From the NCBI GenBank assembly GCA_963837985.1, contig CAWIPN010000001.1:100418-164417 (forward strand): a stretch of DNA of 64,000 nt, given 5' to 3'. The notes under the pieces are model-generated. The model saw only the letters and a program-made list of their open reading frames with translations, was not told the origin of the DNA and did not search any database. This DNA is from an uncultured Alphaproteobacteria bacterium. GTDB taxonomy: Bacteria > Pseudomonadota > Alphaproteobacteria > Sphingomonadales > Sphingomonadaceae. This document shows, one piece after another, positions 9,611-21,442 of this stretch. Within the stretch, counting starts at the first letter, position 1, and every line of letters begins with the position of its first letter. The position numbers and the translations under genes are program-made.

Positions 9611-11482
9611 GTGATTGCATTCATTCTCGCCGCGGCTGCATCGGCGCCCGCTACGGGCCAGCCGGAAATCGTGGTCACGGCTTCGCGCGTGCCGCAGGAA
9701 CAGTCGCAAACCGCCGCAAGCGCGACTGTCATCGATTCAGAGACGATCGAGCGGCTGGGCGACCCCCTGCTCTCCTCCGTGATCCGGCTGACGCCGTCCG
9801 CAGCGGTCGAAAGCGGCGGCCCTGCCGGAAGCATCTCGGAAGTGCGGATCCGCGGCGCCGAAGCCAATCACACCCTGCTCTTCATCGACGGCATCAGGGC
9901 CAACGACCCCGCATCCAACGATACCCCGCGCTTCGAGCTTCTGAACGCGGACATAGCCTCGCGGCTGGAAATCGTTCGCGGCCCCCAGTCGGCGCTGTGG
10001 GGCTCGGATGCGATCGGTGGAGTCGTCACCGTCAACGGCGTACCGCCACAGACTTCGAGCTCGTCCGCATCGGCAGAAGCTGGATCGTTCGGCTTTCGGC
10101 GGGCAGCGGCGTCCGCGGCCATTGCTGGCTCGAAGGCAACCCTCGCGGGAGCAGTCGGCTTCCAGCGAGCGACCGGAATCGACAGCTTCAACGGTCGCGG
10201 CGACAAGGACGGCTATCGCAATCTCTCGGCGCGCCTTCGCGGAAGCTGGGACTTTGCGCCGCAGCTCCAGCTCGGCGTTTCTGCCTTCTCCCTTGCGGGC
10301 CGAAGCGAATTCGACGGCTTCGACCCGGTGACCTACCTTCACGCCGATACGCTCGACAGCAGCAGGAACCGCCTTTCGGCCGGGCGTCTGTGGCTGTCGG
10401 CGGGGCAATCGGAGCGCGGGCTCAGCGGCACCGTTGCCGCCTCGCTCGTCTCCTCGTCCAATCGTAACCTGCTTGCCGGGGACGAGATCAACCGCACCAG
10501 CGGCTCGCGGCGCAACGTCAGCGGGCAGGCCCAGTACCGCTTTGCGACAGGAACCGTTCGCCACACGGTGATTGCAGCGCTCGAGGAAGACCGCGAGGCG
10601 TTTCAGGCCCGCGACAGCATCTATTCCGGCGCGAGCGCCCAGGACCGCCATCGCACGCACCTGGCACTCACGGGCGAGTGGCGAGCAGAGATTGCGGCCG
10701 TCGTCGCCGACGTCGCCATCCGCCGCAATTCGTTCAGCGCCTTCAAGGACGCGACGACTGTACGGGCATCCGCTCTCGTCCACGTGGGCGGCGGGTTTTC
10801 TGTCGCCACATCCTATTCGGAAGGAATAGCGCAGCCCACCTTCTTCGACCTTTACGGCGTGTTTCCGGGGAATTTCCACGGCAATCCCGCCCTCAGGCCG
10901 GAAAGCTCGGCGGGCGTCGAAGGCTCGCTTCGCTATCGCCACAGCGCTCTGGCAGCCTCACTGACCGTCTACAGGCAGCGCCTGCGCGACGAGATCGTCG
11001 ACGTTTTCGATTCCCTCACCTTCTCGTCGAGTACTGCCAATCGAGACGGTTCCAGCCGGCGATCCGGGATCGAGGCACAGCTGCAATGGACTCCTTCGAC
11101 TGCGCTGCACCTGTCGGCGAATTACGCATTCTTGCACGCCACCCAGCCCGGCTCGATCCCGAGCCTTCAATTGCGCGAGGTGCGGCGTCCCCGGCACAGC
11201 GGCTCGATCGAAGCCGACGGGCAAGCCGCAAGGCTCAGCTACGGCGCTTCGCTGGCTTATACGGGAGGGCGGCGCGACAGCAATTTCGACGTCGTGCCGG
11301 CCGAGCAGGTCCGGCTGAAGCCATATTGGCTGGGCGGTGTCCGGATCGGCTATGCAATTGGCCCTCGCACGCAGCTCTTCGCACGCGTGTCGAACCTGTT
11401 CGACGCCCACTATCAGGACGTGTTTGGCTATCGGACGGAAGGGCGCGCCATCTACGCCGGAATCCGGCTCGGCAGCCGCTGA
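9611..11482 (+). CDS. btuB: TonB-dependent vitamin B12 receptor
   Basis: AGGAGG RBS plus GTG; TonB box EIVVTASR; plug motifs (IRGAEANHTLLFIDG, LEIVRGPQSALWGSDAIGGVV); NLFD..Y; downstream of B12 riboswitch. Confidence 0.88.
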   Translation: MIAFILAAAASAPATGQPEIVVTASRVPQEQSQTAASATVIDSETIERLGDPLLSSVIRLTPSAAVESGGPAGSISEVRIRGAEANHTLLFIDGIRANDPASNDTPRFELLNADIASRLEIVRGPQSALWGSDAIGGVVTVNGVPPQTSSSSASAEAGSFGFRRAAASAAIAGSKATLAGAVGFQRATGIDSFNGRGDKDGYRNLSARLRGSWDFAPQLQLGVSAFSLAGRSEFDGFDPVTYLHADTLDSSRNRLSAGRLWLSAGQSERGLSGTVAASLVSSSNRNLLAGDEINRTSGSRRNVSGQAQYRFATGTVRHTVIAALEEDREAFQARDSIYSGASAQDRHRTHLALTGEWRAEIAAVVADVAIRRNSFSAFKDATTVRASALVHVGGGFSVATSYSEGIAQPTFFDLYGVFPGNFHGNPALRPESSAGVEGSLRYRHSALAASLTVYRQRLRDEIVDVFDSLTFSSSTANRDGSSRRSGIEAQLQWTPSTALHLSANYAFLHATQPGSIPSLQLREVRRPRHSGSIEADGQAARLSYGASLAYTGGRRDSNFDVVPAEQVRLKPYWLGGVRIGYAIGPRTQLFARVSNLFDAHYQDVFGYRTEGRAIYAGIRLGSR

Positions 11483-11487
11483 GCGGA

Positions 11488-11964
11488 TTACTCGGCGGGA
11501 GGGTCCGCGATCATCGCGGTGAAGTTCGCCTCGGCAACGACCTTGTCGTCGATCCTGGCACGCCCTGTGAACTTGCACACGCTTGGACGCTTCTGCGCGA
11601 ACTCAACCTCGAGACGCAGGAGAACGCCCGGCTCGACCGGAGCGCGGAATTTCGCGCCTTCGATGGCCATGAAATAGACGAGCTTGCCAGTCCCGGCGAG
11701 ACCGAGCAACTCGACCGCGAGAACGCCCGCCGCCTGGGCAAGCGCCTCGACGATCAGAACGCCGGGCATGATCGGACGTCCGGGGAAATGGCCCTGGAAG
11801 AACTGCTCGTTCATCGTCACCGCCTTGATGGCGACGATTCCCCTGTCGGGGTCGAGGCTTTCGACCCTGTCGACCAGCAGCAGCGGGTAGCGGTGCGGAA
11901 GCGCCGCCATGACCCGCCGGATGTCCAGCGGGCCGGAGGTCGTCGCTTCCGCTCCTTCGCTCAT
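11488..11964 (-). CDS. fabZ: 3-hydroxyacyl-ACP dehydratase
   Basis: [36 protein letters not shown]. Confidence 0.97.
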   Translation of the reverse strand: MSEGAEATTSGPLDIRRVMAALPHRYPLLLVDRVESLDPDRGIVAIKAVTMNEQFFQGHFPGRPIMPGVLIVEALAQAAGVLAVELLGLAGTGKLVYFMAIEGAKFRAPVEPGVLLRLEVEFAQKRPSVCKFTGRARIDDKVVAEANFTAMIADPPAE

Positions 11965-12551
11965 CGGCCTTGCGGCTGCTGCTGCTGCGCCTGCTGCGGA
12001 AGCGGCGTGAGGCTCACGGACGGCAGCGTGGCGTTGACGGCGGCGATAACCGCGTCGGTCACGTCGAGCGCGGGGACATGGGCGATCGTCGAACCGACGT
12101 CGACCGCGAGATTGGCGCCACGCTGAGTCATCACCTGGCTGACCGCGGGGCTGTACTTGGCATCGACCTGGCGGATGACGTTGGCGTTAATCGACTGCAG
12201 GTTTTCCTTCATCTTCTGCAGTTCTTCGTTCGCCTGTTGTTCCTTCTGCTGGAACGCCTGCACGCGCTTCTTCAAAGCAGCGTCCGGCTCCTTGCCGTTG
12301 AGCGCCTGCACCTCCTTTTGGAGCGCCTGGCCTTCGGTTTGCAGCTGGCCGGCAAGAGTCTTCTGCCGGTTCTGCAGAGCCTGGACCTGCGTCTGGAGCT
12401 GCGCCTTTGCCGTCCGGCAGGCGTTGCAGTCGCTGAAGACGCGATCGGTGTCGACGACGACGACCGTGGCGGCCGGGACTCGCTGAGCCTGGGCTGCGGT
12501 GGGGACTGCGACTGCAGCCGCCAGAGCGGAGATAAGGATTGGTGTGCGCAT
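11961..12551 (-). CDS. skp: OmpH/Skp periplasmic chaperone
   Basis: Signal peptide [22 protein letters not shown], Gln-rich coiled coil, position between bamA and fabZ, TGATG coupling. Confidence 0.88.
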   Translation of the reverse strand: MRTPILISALAAAVAVPTAAQAQRVPAATVVVVDTDRVFSDCNACRTAKAQLQTQVQALQNRQKTLAGQLQTEGQALQKEVQALNGKEPDAALKKRVQAFQQKEQQANEELQKMKENLQSINANVIRQVDAKYSPAVSQVMTQRGANLAVDVGSTIAHVPALDVTDAVIAAVNATLPSVSLTPLPQQAQQQQPQGR

Positions 12552-15259
12552 CAGAATTGGGTTCCTACGTTGAATGAGAACAGTTTCGTGTCGTCGCCCT
12601 TCTGCGACGTCAGCGCCTTGGCGATGTCGAGTCGCAGGGGACCGAACGGCGAGACCCAGTTGACACCGATGCCGATCGCAATGCGCGGCTTCGGAGAATT
12701 GCCAAGAAACACTTCCTTGAAACCGGGTACGAAGGAGTAGCCGGTCGCCGGGCAATCGCTCGCCGTCTGGCCGGAATCGAGGACGATCTGCGGGTCTCCG
12801 CTCGTGATGTCCGTCGGGTTACACGTACCCGGAATGTCGATCAGGCTCGGCTTCTTCAGCCCCCACACGGAGCCGACGTCGACGAATGCCGACGGCCTCA
12901 GGCCGAGACTCCGGATCGACGCGCTGGTGGGCACTTCGAGCTCTAGGCGACCCATGTAGAACGCATGGCCGCCCAGCGCATCGCTGACGAGACGCGCGCC
13001 GGTGGACGTCTTGGCGTTGACGTTGTTCAGATCGACGGCGACCAGGTTGCCGTCGCTGTCGTACGGGATGCGGATGATCCGCGGCCCGATTCCACGAATG
13101 TCGAAGCCGCGCATCTGCGACCCGAAGAAGCGATCCGTGAGACGAACCGGATCGCGACCCGGTCCGGGGCTCTTCTGAAGCGAGTAGATGTAGCCGCCTT
13201 CGAGGTGGCCGGAGAGAATCCAGCCGCCGCCGAAGCTCTTGTACTTCGTCGCTTCCGCCCGCGTCCGGATGTATTTCACATCGCCGCCGAGACCCGCGAA
13301 GTCCTGGCTGAAAGTGAACCTCTGCCCCCGCGTCGGGTGGATTCCGTCGGTGTCGTCATAGGCGAGCGAATGGCCGACAGACGACGTCAGTCGAGTGCCG
13401 ATTTCGTCGCACAGGTAGCGGCCGGCCTTGAGCGGGTCGCACTCGGCCGGAAGCGGGCCGGTACCGTCCGGGTCCGTGAAGTACAGCCCCTTCGACAGCG
13501 AGACCTGGTCCTGCACCAGCGAGTAGCGAGTGCCGTAGGTCATGAATTCCGTGAGCGGAAAACCGAGACGGATTCCGCCGCCCGTGCTCAGCTGCTTGTA
13601 CGTCGTGTTCCGATTGCCGCCGATGTAATTGAAGCTGCTGTAATCGCGGCGGTAAATCTGTCCGCCCAGGAGGATCTGCTTGTCGAGGAAATACGGCTCG
13701 GTGAACCCCGCCGAAATCGACTTCGAATAGCGCGACCAGCTTACGCCGGCATCCAGGGTCTGGCCCATCCCCCGGAAGTTCGTCTGCTGCACTGCGAGCG
13801 AAACGAGGAACTTCTCCAGGCTTGAATAGCCAGCCGAAAACTGCAGCTGCCCTGTCGCCTTTTCTTCAACGTCCAGACCCAGGACGACCCGATCGGGAGC
13901 CGATCCCTCGGTCTGCTTGATTTCCACGTTTTGCTGGAAGTAGCCGAGCGACTGGATCCGGTCCTGCGACCGCTTGATCTTGATGGCGTTGAAGGCGTCG
14001 CCCTCGTTCAGCCTAAATTCGCGGCGGATCACCTTGTCGTGCGTGACGGTGTTGCCGTTGATGTCGATCCGCTCGACGTAGACTCGCGGCGTCTCTCCGA
14101 CCCGGAAAGTCACGTCCATCGTGCGTGTATCGGGGTTGCGCTTATAGGACGGGCTGATGTCGGCGAAGGCATAGCCCAGATTGCCCGCCGTCTCGTTCAG
14201 CGCCGTGACCGTGTCTTCCACCGCCTTCGCGTTGAACCACTCGCCCTGGTGGATGTCGACTTGCTGCATCACCTTTTCTTTGGGCAAGTCGCGAAGGGCG
14301 CTTTGCGCATCGACGGTGCCGAACTTGTATCGCGGACCTTCCTCGATGACGTAGGTGATGATGAAGTCGCGCCGGTCCGGGGTCAGCTCGGCAAGGGCGG
14401 AAACGACCCGGAAGTCGGCGTAGCCCTGAGTCAGGTAGAACGCGCGCAGCTTCTGCTGGTCGGCCGCCAGCCGGTCCGGGTCATAGGTGTCGTTCGACTT
14501 CAGGAATCCGAGCACGCCGCCCGCCTGGCGCGTGTACATTTCCTTCACCAGCCTGCCGTCGCCGAACGCGTGGTTGCCGATAACGTTAATCTTGCGGACC
14601 TTCGAAACCGGCCCTTCGTAAATCTCGAAAATGAGGTCGACCCGGTTCTGGTCGAGGTTGACGATCTTCGGCTCGACGCGTGCCGCGAAGCGGCCCTGGC
14701 GCTTGTAGAGGTCGATGATCCGGTCGACGTCGGCACGGACCTTCGACCGAGTAAAGATTTCGCGGGGCTTGAGCTGGATTTCCGGAGTGATCTTGTCCGA
14801 CTTGAGACGCTTGTTGCCCTCCAGCACGATGCGATTGATCACCGGGCTTTCCTGCACCGTAATTACGATGTTGCCGGTCTCGCCGCCGTTGATGACGACG
14901 TTCGAGAACAGCTCGGTCGCGTAGAGGTCCTTAAGCGCCTGGTCGAGGGTTTCGGCCGTGTAAGTCTGTCCCGGCGTCAGGCCCGAATAGGAAATGATCG
15001 TCCCCGGCTCCAGGCGCTGATTGCCGCGAACCCCGATCGAGCGAATCACCCCCGCCGCCTGCGGAACGGCAACATCCGGCGCCTGCGGGTTCTGCGCGGC
15101 GGTCGGCGCAGCAGTGGTGGCAGCCGGCGCAGTCTCGGGAGTCGTCGGTGCAGGAGCGGAGTCCTGCGCCAGCAACGGGGCCGGGAAGCCCGCCATGATG
15201 GTGCCGACCAGAAGCGCCGCAACTGCACGCCTGCAACTTGTCGATGTCTGTCGAATCAC
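12551..15259 (-). CDS. bamA: Outer membrane protein assembly factor BamA
   Basis: POTRA repeats, T.DKVIRREF, MRGFDIRGIGP loop, SPFGPLRLD, C-terminal F; GTG start at 15259. Confidence 0.97.
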   Translation of the reverse strand: MIRQTSTSCRRAVAALLVGTIMAGFPAPLLAQDSAPAPTTPETAPAATTAAPTAAQNPQAPDVAVPQAAGVIRSIGVRGNQRLEPGTIISYSGLTPGQTYTAETLDQALKDLYATELFSNVVINGGETGNIVITVQESPVINRIVLEGNKRLKSDKITPEIQLKPREIFTRSKVRADVDRIIDLYKRQGRFAARVEPKIVNLDQNRVDLIFEIYEGPVSKVRKINVIGNHAFGDGRLVKEMYTRQAGGVLGFLKSNDTYDPDRLAADQQKLRAFYLTQGYADFRVVSALAELTPDRRDFIITYVIEEGPRYKFGTVDAQSALRDLPKEKVMQQVDIHQGEWFNAKAVEDTVTALNETAGNLGYAFADISPSYKRNPDTRTMDVTFRVGETPRVYVERIDINGNTVTHDKVIRREFRLNEGDAFNAIKIKRSQDRIQSLGYFQQNVEIKQTEGSAPDRVVLGLDVEEKATGQLQFSAGYSSLEKFLVSLAVQQTNFRGMGQTLDAGVSWSRYSKSISAGFTEPYFLDKQILLGGQIYRRDYSSFNYIGGNRNTTYKQLSTGGGIRLGFPLTEFMTYGTRYSLVQDQVSLSKGLYFTDPDGTGPLPAECDPLKAGRYLCDEIGTRLTSSVGHSLAYDDTDGIHPTRGQRFTFSQDFAGLGGDVKYIRTRAEATKYKSFGGGWILSGHLEGGYIYSLQKSPGPGRDPVRLTDRFFGSQMRGFDIRGIGPRIIRIPYDSDGNLVAVDLNNVNAKTSTGARLVSDALGGHAFYMGRLELEVPTSASIRSLGLRPSAFVDVGSVWGLKKPSLIDIPGTCNPTDITSGDPQIVLDSGQTASDCPATGYSFVPGFKEVFLGNSPKPRIAIGIGVNWVSPFGPLRLDIAKALTSQKGDDTKLFSFNVGTQF

Positions 15260-15335
15260 GCGTTCCCCGCCCTTGGATGATGTGCCGCTCGCGAACGCCG
15301 CGGCGATTTGGATGTGCTGCCCTGCCCCAACCGAC

Positions 15336-16454
15336 CTAGCCAATCAAGCGCCCTAGCCGTTCCCAGAGCCCAAATGAGCCAAGGTCGTTCATCGTCGTGA
15401 ACAGGAGCAGCGCAAGGAGCAGTGCAAGTCCTCCACGAAAAGCCCATTCCTGTGCCTGAACACTAACCGGGCGGCGCCGAACTGCCTCCACCGCATAAAA
15501 GAGGAGGTGACCGCCATCGAGTATCGGGACTGGCAACAGGTTGATGAATCCCAGATTAATTGAGAACAGGGCCAGCAGCTGGACGAACTGGAACGGGCCG
15601 AGTGATGCCTGTTGTCCGGCCACCTGAGCCATTTTCAACGGGCCGCCGAGCTCGTCCGCGGAGCGCCGTCCGGTGATGATCTGCCACAGGCCCTGCATCG
15701 TGGTGGCCGTCAGTATCCACGTATAGCTCGCAGCCTGCGGAATGAGCTCGGCAGCAGGGACGGTCTGGAGCTGGCGTCCGGTCGCAAGAACCCCCAGACG
15801 GCCGACCCGGTACTTCTGCCCGAAGCGGTCCTGCTCCTCGTGTACTCCGAGCCTGGTCCGGATCGTCTCCGTTTGGCGGCCGCTTGCGATCCGCAAGGTC
15901 ACCGTCTCGCCCGGGCGGAGGGCGACGACTCGCTGGACATCCTCGAACGTCGGCGTGCCCTCGCCCGCGATAGCTTCGATTCGGTCGCCCTGGTGAAGGC
16001 CCGCCGCAGCGGCAGCGGTTCCGGGCTGGACGGCAGCGACGACGTTGGGCGTTCGCGGCATTCCGAACCAGGCGAAGAAAGCGGCGAAGATGATGATTGC
16101 GAGAAGGAAATTGGCCATCGGCCCGGCAAGGACGATCAGGAAACGTTGCCACACCGGCTTTCCGGCGAAGCTCCGGCCCTCGCGCCGCACCTTCGGCTCG
16201 CCCTCTCCGGAATGCGCCTCTTCATCGACGAAGCGGACATAGCCGCCAAGCGGAAGCCAGCCCACTTTCCACCGCGTTCCGCTCGAATCCGTCCAGCCGG
16301 TGATCTCTCCCCCGAAGCCGATCGAAAAGGTTTCCGCTCCGACTCCGAACAGGCGCCCAACCGCATAATGCCCAAGCTCGTGGAAGAAGACGAGCGGACC
16401 GATCGCGCACACGAAGGCGACGACGATCAACCAGATTGGGGGTTGGGCAAGCAT
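15336..16454 (-). CDS. rseP: RIP metalloprotease RseP
   Basis: FFHELGH, AGPMANF, PDZ region, NLLPVPILDGGH. Confidence 0.96.
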   Translation of the reverse strand: MLAQPPIWLIVVAFVCAIGPLVFFHELGHYAVGRLFGVGAETFSIGFGGEITGWTDSSGTRWKVGWLPLGGYVRFVDEEAHSGEGEPKVRREGRSFAGKPVWQRFLIVLAGPMANFLLAIIIFAAFFAWFGMPRTPNVVAAVQPGTAAAAAGLHQGDRIEAIAGEGTPTFEDVQRVVALRPGETVTLRIASGRQTETIRTRLGVHEEQDRFGQKYRVGRLGVLATGRQLQTVPAAELIPQAASYTWILTATTMQGLWQIITGRRSADELGGPLKMAQVAGQQASLGPFQFVQLLALFSINLGFINLLPVPILDGGHLLFYAVEAVRRRPVSVQAQEWAFRGGLALLLALLLFTTMNDLGSFGLWERLGRLIG

Positions 16455-17614
16455 CAGCAGCAAAGTTCCGGGATGACTGCGGTCGTCCGTTCGCGCGTTT
16501 CCCGATCGAGCGCAACAACTTCCTCGATCGTCCCGGGGGACTGCGCACGGCTGGCCTCAAGCACCTGCTCGACCACTCGGCAGATGTCGGTGAACCTGAT
16601 TCGCCCGTTCAGGAAGGACTCGACGGCCACTTCATTGGCACCGTTGAGGACAATGCTTGCCCCTCCCCCTGCCTCCAGCGCTTCGCGGGCGAGGCGGAGC
16701 GCCGGGAACTTGTCCGGGTCCGGGGCCTCGAAATCGAGCCGTCCGACATCGGCCAGCGACAGCCGCTGCGCCGGGGTTTCCATTCGCTCGGGCCAGGCAA
16801 GAGTGTAGGCAATCGGGATTCGCATGTCGGCGGTTCCCAGCTGCGCAAGCAGCGATCCGTCGACGAACTCGACAAGAGAATGGACGATCGACTGCGGATG
16901 CACGACGACGTCGATCTGCCGCGAATTGAGCCCGAACAAATGATGCGCCTCGATGACCTCCAGCCCCTTGTTCATCAAGGTTGCCGAGTTGACGGAGATC
17001 TTTGCTCCCATCGACCAGCGGGGATGGGCAACGGCCTCGGCCGGAGTCGCTCGCCGCATCTCCTCGCGCGAGGACTGGCGGAAGGGCCCGCCGCTGGCCG
17101 TCAGGAGGAGCCGAGCGATGTCTTCGCGCCGGCTTCCGGCCAGGCACTGAAAGATGGCGTTGTGCTCGCTGTCGACAGGCAGCAACGTCGCCCCGCTTCG
17201 GGCTGCGGCGTCCGTCATGAGCGAACCTGCCGTGACGAGCGCCTCCTTGTTGGCAAGCGCGACCGTCCTGCCCGCTTCGATTGCAGCCATCGTCGGAAGA
17301 AGGCCGGCGCAGCCGACGATTGCGGCCATGACCCAGTCGCAATCGCAGCTCGCCGCCTCAAGAAGCGCGTCGGGACCGCCCGCCGCCCGGCAGGAACTGC
17401 CTTCGAGCCGGTCGCGAAGCTCGTGGAGTTGCCCGGGGTCCGCGACCACGGCGAGCTTCGCACCCGTGCGAAGTGCAGCCTCGGCAAGTAGGTCGGCGTT
17501 CGCTCGTGCCGTCAAGGCGACGACTTCGAAGCTTTCGGGAGAGCGTTCGATCAGATCCAGCGTCGAGCGCCCGATCGAACCGGTTGCACCGAGGATCGAG
17601 ACCCGCCGCTTCAT
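16454..17614 (-). CDS. dxr: 1-deoxy-D-xylulose-5-phosphate reductoisomerase
   Basis: [53 protein letters not shown]. Confidence 0.97.
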   Translation of the reverse strand: MKRRVSILGATGSIGRSTLDLIERSPESFEVVALTARANADLLAEAALRTGAKLAVVADPGQLHELRDRLEGSSCRAAGGPDALLEAASCDCDWVMAAIVGCAGLLPTMAAIEAGRTVALANKEALVTAGSLMTDAAARSGATLLPVDSEHNAIFQCLAGSRREDIARLLLTASGGPFRQSSREEMRRATPAEAVAHPRWSMGAKISVNSATLMNKGLEVIEAHHLFGLNSRQIDVVVHPQSIVHSLVEFVDGSLLAQLGTADMRIPIAYTLAWPERMETPAQRLSLADVGRLDFEAPDPDKFPALRLAREALEAGGGASIVLNGANEVAVESFLNGRIRFTDICRVVEQVLEASRAQSPGTIEEVVALDRETRERTTAVIPELCC

Positions 17615-18243
17615 GCCGCGCCGGCCATGACTGCGATCGCGGCAAGGACCGCGACTGGAAGAAGTCCGTCCACCCGGTCGAAGACGCCGCCATGCCCCGG
17701 CAGCCAGCGCCCTGAATCCTTCACTCCCGCGCGTCTCTTCATCCAGCTTTCGAACAGGTCGCCGGCCTGGGCGGCGACGGCAAAGAGGGGCGCGAGCAGG
17801 AGCGTTACGAGCGGAAGCCCGACAAAGAGCGCCCAGCCGCCGCCGATGACCGTCGCGGCGGCAACGCCCCCGTAGAGGCCCGCCCACGTCTTGGCGGGAC
17901 TGATCGACGGCGCCAGTTTGGGCCCTCCGATCGCGCGCCCGGCGAAATAGGCGCCGATGTCGGTCGACCAGACGACCAGGAATACCCAGAAGACGGCGCT
18001 TGCGCCCTGCTCGGCGTGCTCGCGCACCCACAGCAGCGAAAGCGCGGCGGCAAGAGCATAGACGAACCCGGCTGCGTACCAGGCGAAGCCCCAGCCGCGC
18101 GCCAACCGAACCCATTCGTAGGAAACCGCAGTGGCCACGGCCGCACACAGCAGCGCGAACGCATAGCCGCCGAGCAAGGTCGCGACGAGCGCCGCAACCA
18201 TCAGCACCACGCCGGTGCCCGTGCGGACGAGAAGCTCGCTCAT
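17611..18243 (-). CDS. cdsA: Phosphatidate cytidylyltransferase
   Basis: [51 protein letters not shown]. Confidence 0.95.
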   Translation of the reverse strand: MSELLVRTGTGVVLMVAALVATLLGGYAFALLCAAVATAVSYEWVRLARGWGFAWYAAGFVYALAAALSLLWVREHAEQGASAVFWVFLVVWSTDIGAYFAGRAIGGPKLAPSISPAKTWAGLYGGVAAATVIGGGWALFVGLPLVTLLLAPLFAVAAQAGDLFESWMKRRAGVKDSGRWLPGHGGVFDRVDGLLPVAVLAAIAVMAGAA

Positions 18244-18977
18244 CGGCCGCCGAAACGCCGCTGGCGCGCTGCAAACTGCTCGAGAACGCCGTTGAAAGCG
18301 GCCTCGTCGAAATCGGGCCACAAGGCGGGGGTGAACACGAGCTCGGCGTAGGCCGCCTGCCACAGCAGGAAGTTGGAAAGCCGAACCTCGCCGGACGTGC
18401 GGATCAGCAGGTCGAGCTCGGGCAATCCGGCCGTCGAAAGCTCGTCGGCGAAGGCGCGCTCGTCGAGCGCCGAAGGGTCGCAGGTGCCGGCCGCAGCCTT
18501 TGCAGCGAGCGTACGCGCCGCCTCCACGATTTCCCTGCGGGAGCCGTAGTTGAGGGCAACCACGAGGGTCAGGCGGTCGTTCGCCGCCGTCGTTTCGACG
18601 GCCTTCTCCAGAAGCCTCGCCATTTCGGGCCCGAATGCGCGATAATCCCCGATGAGCCGCAGCTTCACCCGCTCGTCCACCAGGCGCTGAAGCTCCTTTT
18701 CGACGTAATAGCGCATCAGGCCGGTGAGGTCGGAAATTTCCTCGTCCGAGCGGCGCCAGTTCTCCGATGAAAAGGCGTAGAGGGTAAGGACCTCGACCCC
18801 GGTGTCGGCTGCGGCCTGAAGGGTGCGGCGAACAGCTTCGGCCCCAGCCTTGTGCCCAGCCGCCCGCGGAAGCCCCCGCTTCTTCGCCCAGCGGCCGTTC
18901 CCGTCCATGATGATGGCGACGTGGCGCGGGACGACCGCCGCCGCCTGCCCTTTCGCAGCGGCCGAAGCTGGGGTCAC
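18240..18977 (-). CDS. uppS: Undecaprenyl diphosphate synthase (isoprenyl transferase)
   Basis: [51 protein letters not shown] overlap with frr. Confidence 0.96.
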   Translation of the reverse strand: MTPASAAAKGQAAAVVPRHVAIIMDGNGRWAKKRGLPRAAGHKAGAEAVRRTLQAAADTGVEVLTLYAFSSENWRRSDEEISDLTGLMRYYVEKELQRLVDERVKLRLIGDYRAFGPEMARLLEKAVETTAANDRLTLVVALNYGSRREIVEAARTLAAKAAAGTCDPSALDERAFADELSTAGLPELDLLIRTSGEVRLSNFLLWQAAYAELVFTPALWPDFDEAAFNGVLEQFAARQRRFGGR

Positions 18978-19534
18978 TTGCCCAGGATTTCCTTTTCCTT
19001 GGCTTCGGCGAGTTCGTCGATTTCCTTGATCGTCTCGTCGGTCAGCTTCTGCACGTCCTGCTCGAGCCGCTTGCGCTCGTCTTCGCTGATGTCGTGCTTT
19101 TTCTCGTCCTGCTTGAGGTGGTCCATGCCGTCGCGGCGAACGTTCCGGACCGCGACCTTCGCTTTTTCCGAATATTGGCCGACGAGCTTGGCGAGCTCCT
19201 TGCGCCGCTCCTCGGTGAGGTCGGGGATCGGAAGCCGGATCATCTGCCCGTCGGTGACGGGGTTCAGACCGAGGCCCGCTGACCTGATTGCCTTTTCCAC
19301 CGGCTGGATGTTCGATTTGTCCCACACCTGCACCGTCAGCATCCGCGGTTCGGGCACGGACACCGTCGCGACCTGGTTCAGCGGCATGTTGGCGCCGTAA
19401 ACCTCGACGTGAATGGTATCGAGCAAGGCGGTCGACGCACGGCCCGTGCGAAGGCCGGAAAGATCGTGCTTCAACGCGTCCACGGCGCCATGCATTCTCC
19501 GCTTGAGATCCGATAAATCCATGGTCGTGCTCAT
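18974..19534 (-). CDS. frr: Ribosome recycling factor
   Basis: [24 protein letters not shown]. Confidence 0.97.
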   Translation of the reverse strand: MSTTMDLSDLKRRMHGAVDALKHDLSGLRTGRASTALLDTIHVEVYGANMPLNQVATVSVPEPRMLTVQVWDKSNIQPVEKAIRSAGLGLNPVTDGQMIRLPIPDLTEERRKELAKLVGQYSEKAKVAVRNVRRDGMDHLKQDEKKHDISEDERKRLEQDVQKLTDETIKEIDELAEAKEKEILGK

Positions 19535-19537
19535 GTC

Positions 19538-20260
19538 CTACTCCTCGTTCTGGACGATCGTCGCAGTCCCGCCTCCGGCGATCACCTCGGCGAGGTTGCC
19601 CGGCTGCCGGATGTTGAAGACGACGATCGGAATGTGATTGTCGCGGCAAAGCGCCACCGCGGCCGCGTCCATGACCTTCAGGTCGTCGCCAAGGACGCGG
19701 TTGAAGGTCAAGCGCTCGTAGCGAGTCGCTCCCGACACCTTCTTCGGGTCGGCGGTATAGACACCGTCGACGCTGGTGCCTTTGAACAAGGCGTCGCAGC
19801 CCATTTCGGCCGCGCGAAGCGCCGCTGCCGTGTCGGTCGTAAAGTACGGATTGCCGGTACCGGCAGCAAACAGCACGATCCGGCCCTTCTCCATGTGCCG
19901 CATTGCGCGGCGCCGGATGTACGGCTCGCACACGGCCGACATCGGGATTGCCGACAGCACGCGCGTGTCGATGCCCTGGTTCTCGAGCGCATTCTGCAGT
20001 GCGAGGGCATTCATCACCGTCGCCAGCATGCCCATGTAATCGGCGCTGGTGCGGTCGAAACCCTTCGCCGCAGCAGCAATTCCGCGGAAGATGTTGCCGC
20101 CTCCGACGACGAGGCAGAGCTCGTGGCCCTGGGCCTTGGCGGCCGCGATCTCGGCGGCAAGTCCGTTGACCACTTCCGGATCGATTCCGAACTGCCCCTG
20201 CCCCATCAACGCCTCGCCTGAAAGCTTCAGCAGGATTCGGTTGAAGCGCGGGCGAGTCAT
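19538..20260 (-). CDS. pyrH: UMP kinase
   Basis: [38 protein letters not shown]. Confidence 0.98.
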   Translation of the reverse strand: MTRPRFNRILLKLSGEALMGQGQFGIDPEVVNGLAAEIAAAKAQGHELCLVVGGGNIFRGIAAAAKGFDRTSADYMGMLATVMNALALQNALENQGIDTRVLSAIPMSAVCEPYIRRRAMRHMEKGRIVLFAAGTGNPYFTTDTAAALRAAEMGCDALFKGTSVDGVYTADPKKVSGATRYERLTFNRVLGDDLKVMDAAAVALCRDNHIPIVVFNIRQPGNLAEVIAGGGTATIVQNEE

Positions 20261-20296
20261 GGTTGAGGCGTTCCGGTTCTGTTGGGAGGCGACGCC

Positions 20297-20325
20297 CTCT
20301 TAGTGGCGAGCGGCCACAGTGCCAA
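20297..20325 (-). promoter_or_regulatory. Putative sigma70 promoter of the pyrH operon
   Basis: TTGGCA-N17-TAAGAG on minus strand just upstream of pyrH. Confidence 0.5.
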
Positions 20326-20414
20326 GCGGCTGTTGCCTGCTTGGCGCTGCGGTTGCTGCGCGCGAGCGGGCGATGACGGGGATCATGTGCCCGTCTGAGC
20401 CTTCCTGGGGGTTG

Positions 20415-20451
20415 AAAAAAGAGGCGGCCAGGCTCCTCGCCCAACCGCCTC
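20415..20451 (-). terminator. Intrinsic terminator after rpsB-tsf
   Basis: GAGGCGG...CCGCCTC stem followed by TTTTTT on the minus strand. Confidence 0.75.
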
Positions 20452-20476
20452 CCGATGTTCTTGAACGAAAAGCCGA

Positions 20477-21427
20477 TCAGGCGACCGGCTCATCCTTCTT
20501 CTGGCCGGCAGCAGCGGCGACTTCTGCAGCGAAATCGTCCTGCTTCTTCTCGATACCTTCGCCTAGCCCATAGCGGACGAACGCGCTGATCGTGATCTCT
20601 GCACCGGCATCCTTGCCCGCTGCGGCAACGACGTCGGCCACCGGCGTCTTGTTGTCCATCACGAACAACTGCGACAGCAGCGCGTTCTCCTTGCGGAACT
20701 TGGCAAGGCTGCCTTCGACCATCTTTTCGGCGATATTCTGCGGCTTGCCGCTTTCCTTCGCCTTTTCCATTGCAACACCGCGCTCGCGGTCGATCAGCTC
20801 CGGATCCAGCTCGTCGCCATTCAGCGCCAGCGGATTGGCCGCGGCGATGTGCATTGCGATCTGGCGGCCGATCGAGTTCAGAGTGTCAGCCGGAGCGCTG
20901 CTTTCGAGAGCGACGAGAACGCCGATCTTGCCCAGCGGCGAATTCGGCTCGACGGCATTGTGAACGTAGGGCACGACCACGCCCTGCTGAACCTGAAGCA
21001 CCGCGCTGCGGCGGAGCGACTGGTTCTCGCCGATCGTGGCGATGTTGTTCGTCAGCGCCTCTTCGACCGTGCCTCCGCCCGGATAGCCGGCGGCAAGCAG
21101 GTTCTCGACGTTTCCGCCCGTCTGCAGGGCAAGCTCGGCGACGTTCTTCACGAAGTCCTGGAACTTCTCGTTCTTGGCGACGAAGTCCGTTTCCGAATTC
21201 ACTTCGACGACGGCCCCGCGGCTGCCCTCGACGGCAACTCCGACAAGGCCTTCAGCAGCGGTGCGGCCGGCCTTCTTGGCGGCGGCGGAGAGCCCCTTGG
21301 CACGAAGCCAGTCGACGGAAGCCTCCATGTCGCCGTTGTTTTCGGCGAGCGCCTTCTTGCAGTCCATCATGCCCGCGCCGGTGCGCTCGCGTAGCTCTTT
21401 CACGGTTGCGGCAGTGATCTCAGCCAT
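20477..21427 (-). CDS. tsf: Elongation factor Ts
   Basis: [31 protein letters not shown]. Confidence 0.98.
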   Translation of the reverse strand: MAEITAATVKELRERTGAGMMDCKKALAENNGDMEASVDWLRAKGLSAAAKKAGRTAAEGLVGVAVEGSRGAVVEVNSETDFVAKNEKFQDFVKNVAELALQTGGNVENLLAAGYPGGGTVEEALTNNIATIGENQSLRRSAVLQVQQGVVVPYVHNAVEPNSPLGKIGVLVALESSAPADTLNSIGRQIAMHIAAANPLALNGDELDPELIDRERGVAMEKAKESGKPQNIAEKMVEGSLAKFRKENALLSQLFVMDNKTPVADVVAAAGKDAGAEITISAFVRYGLGEGIEKKQDDFAAEVAAAAGQKKDEPVA

Positions 21428-21442
21428 TTCTAAAACCTCCAG

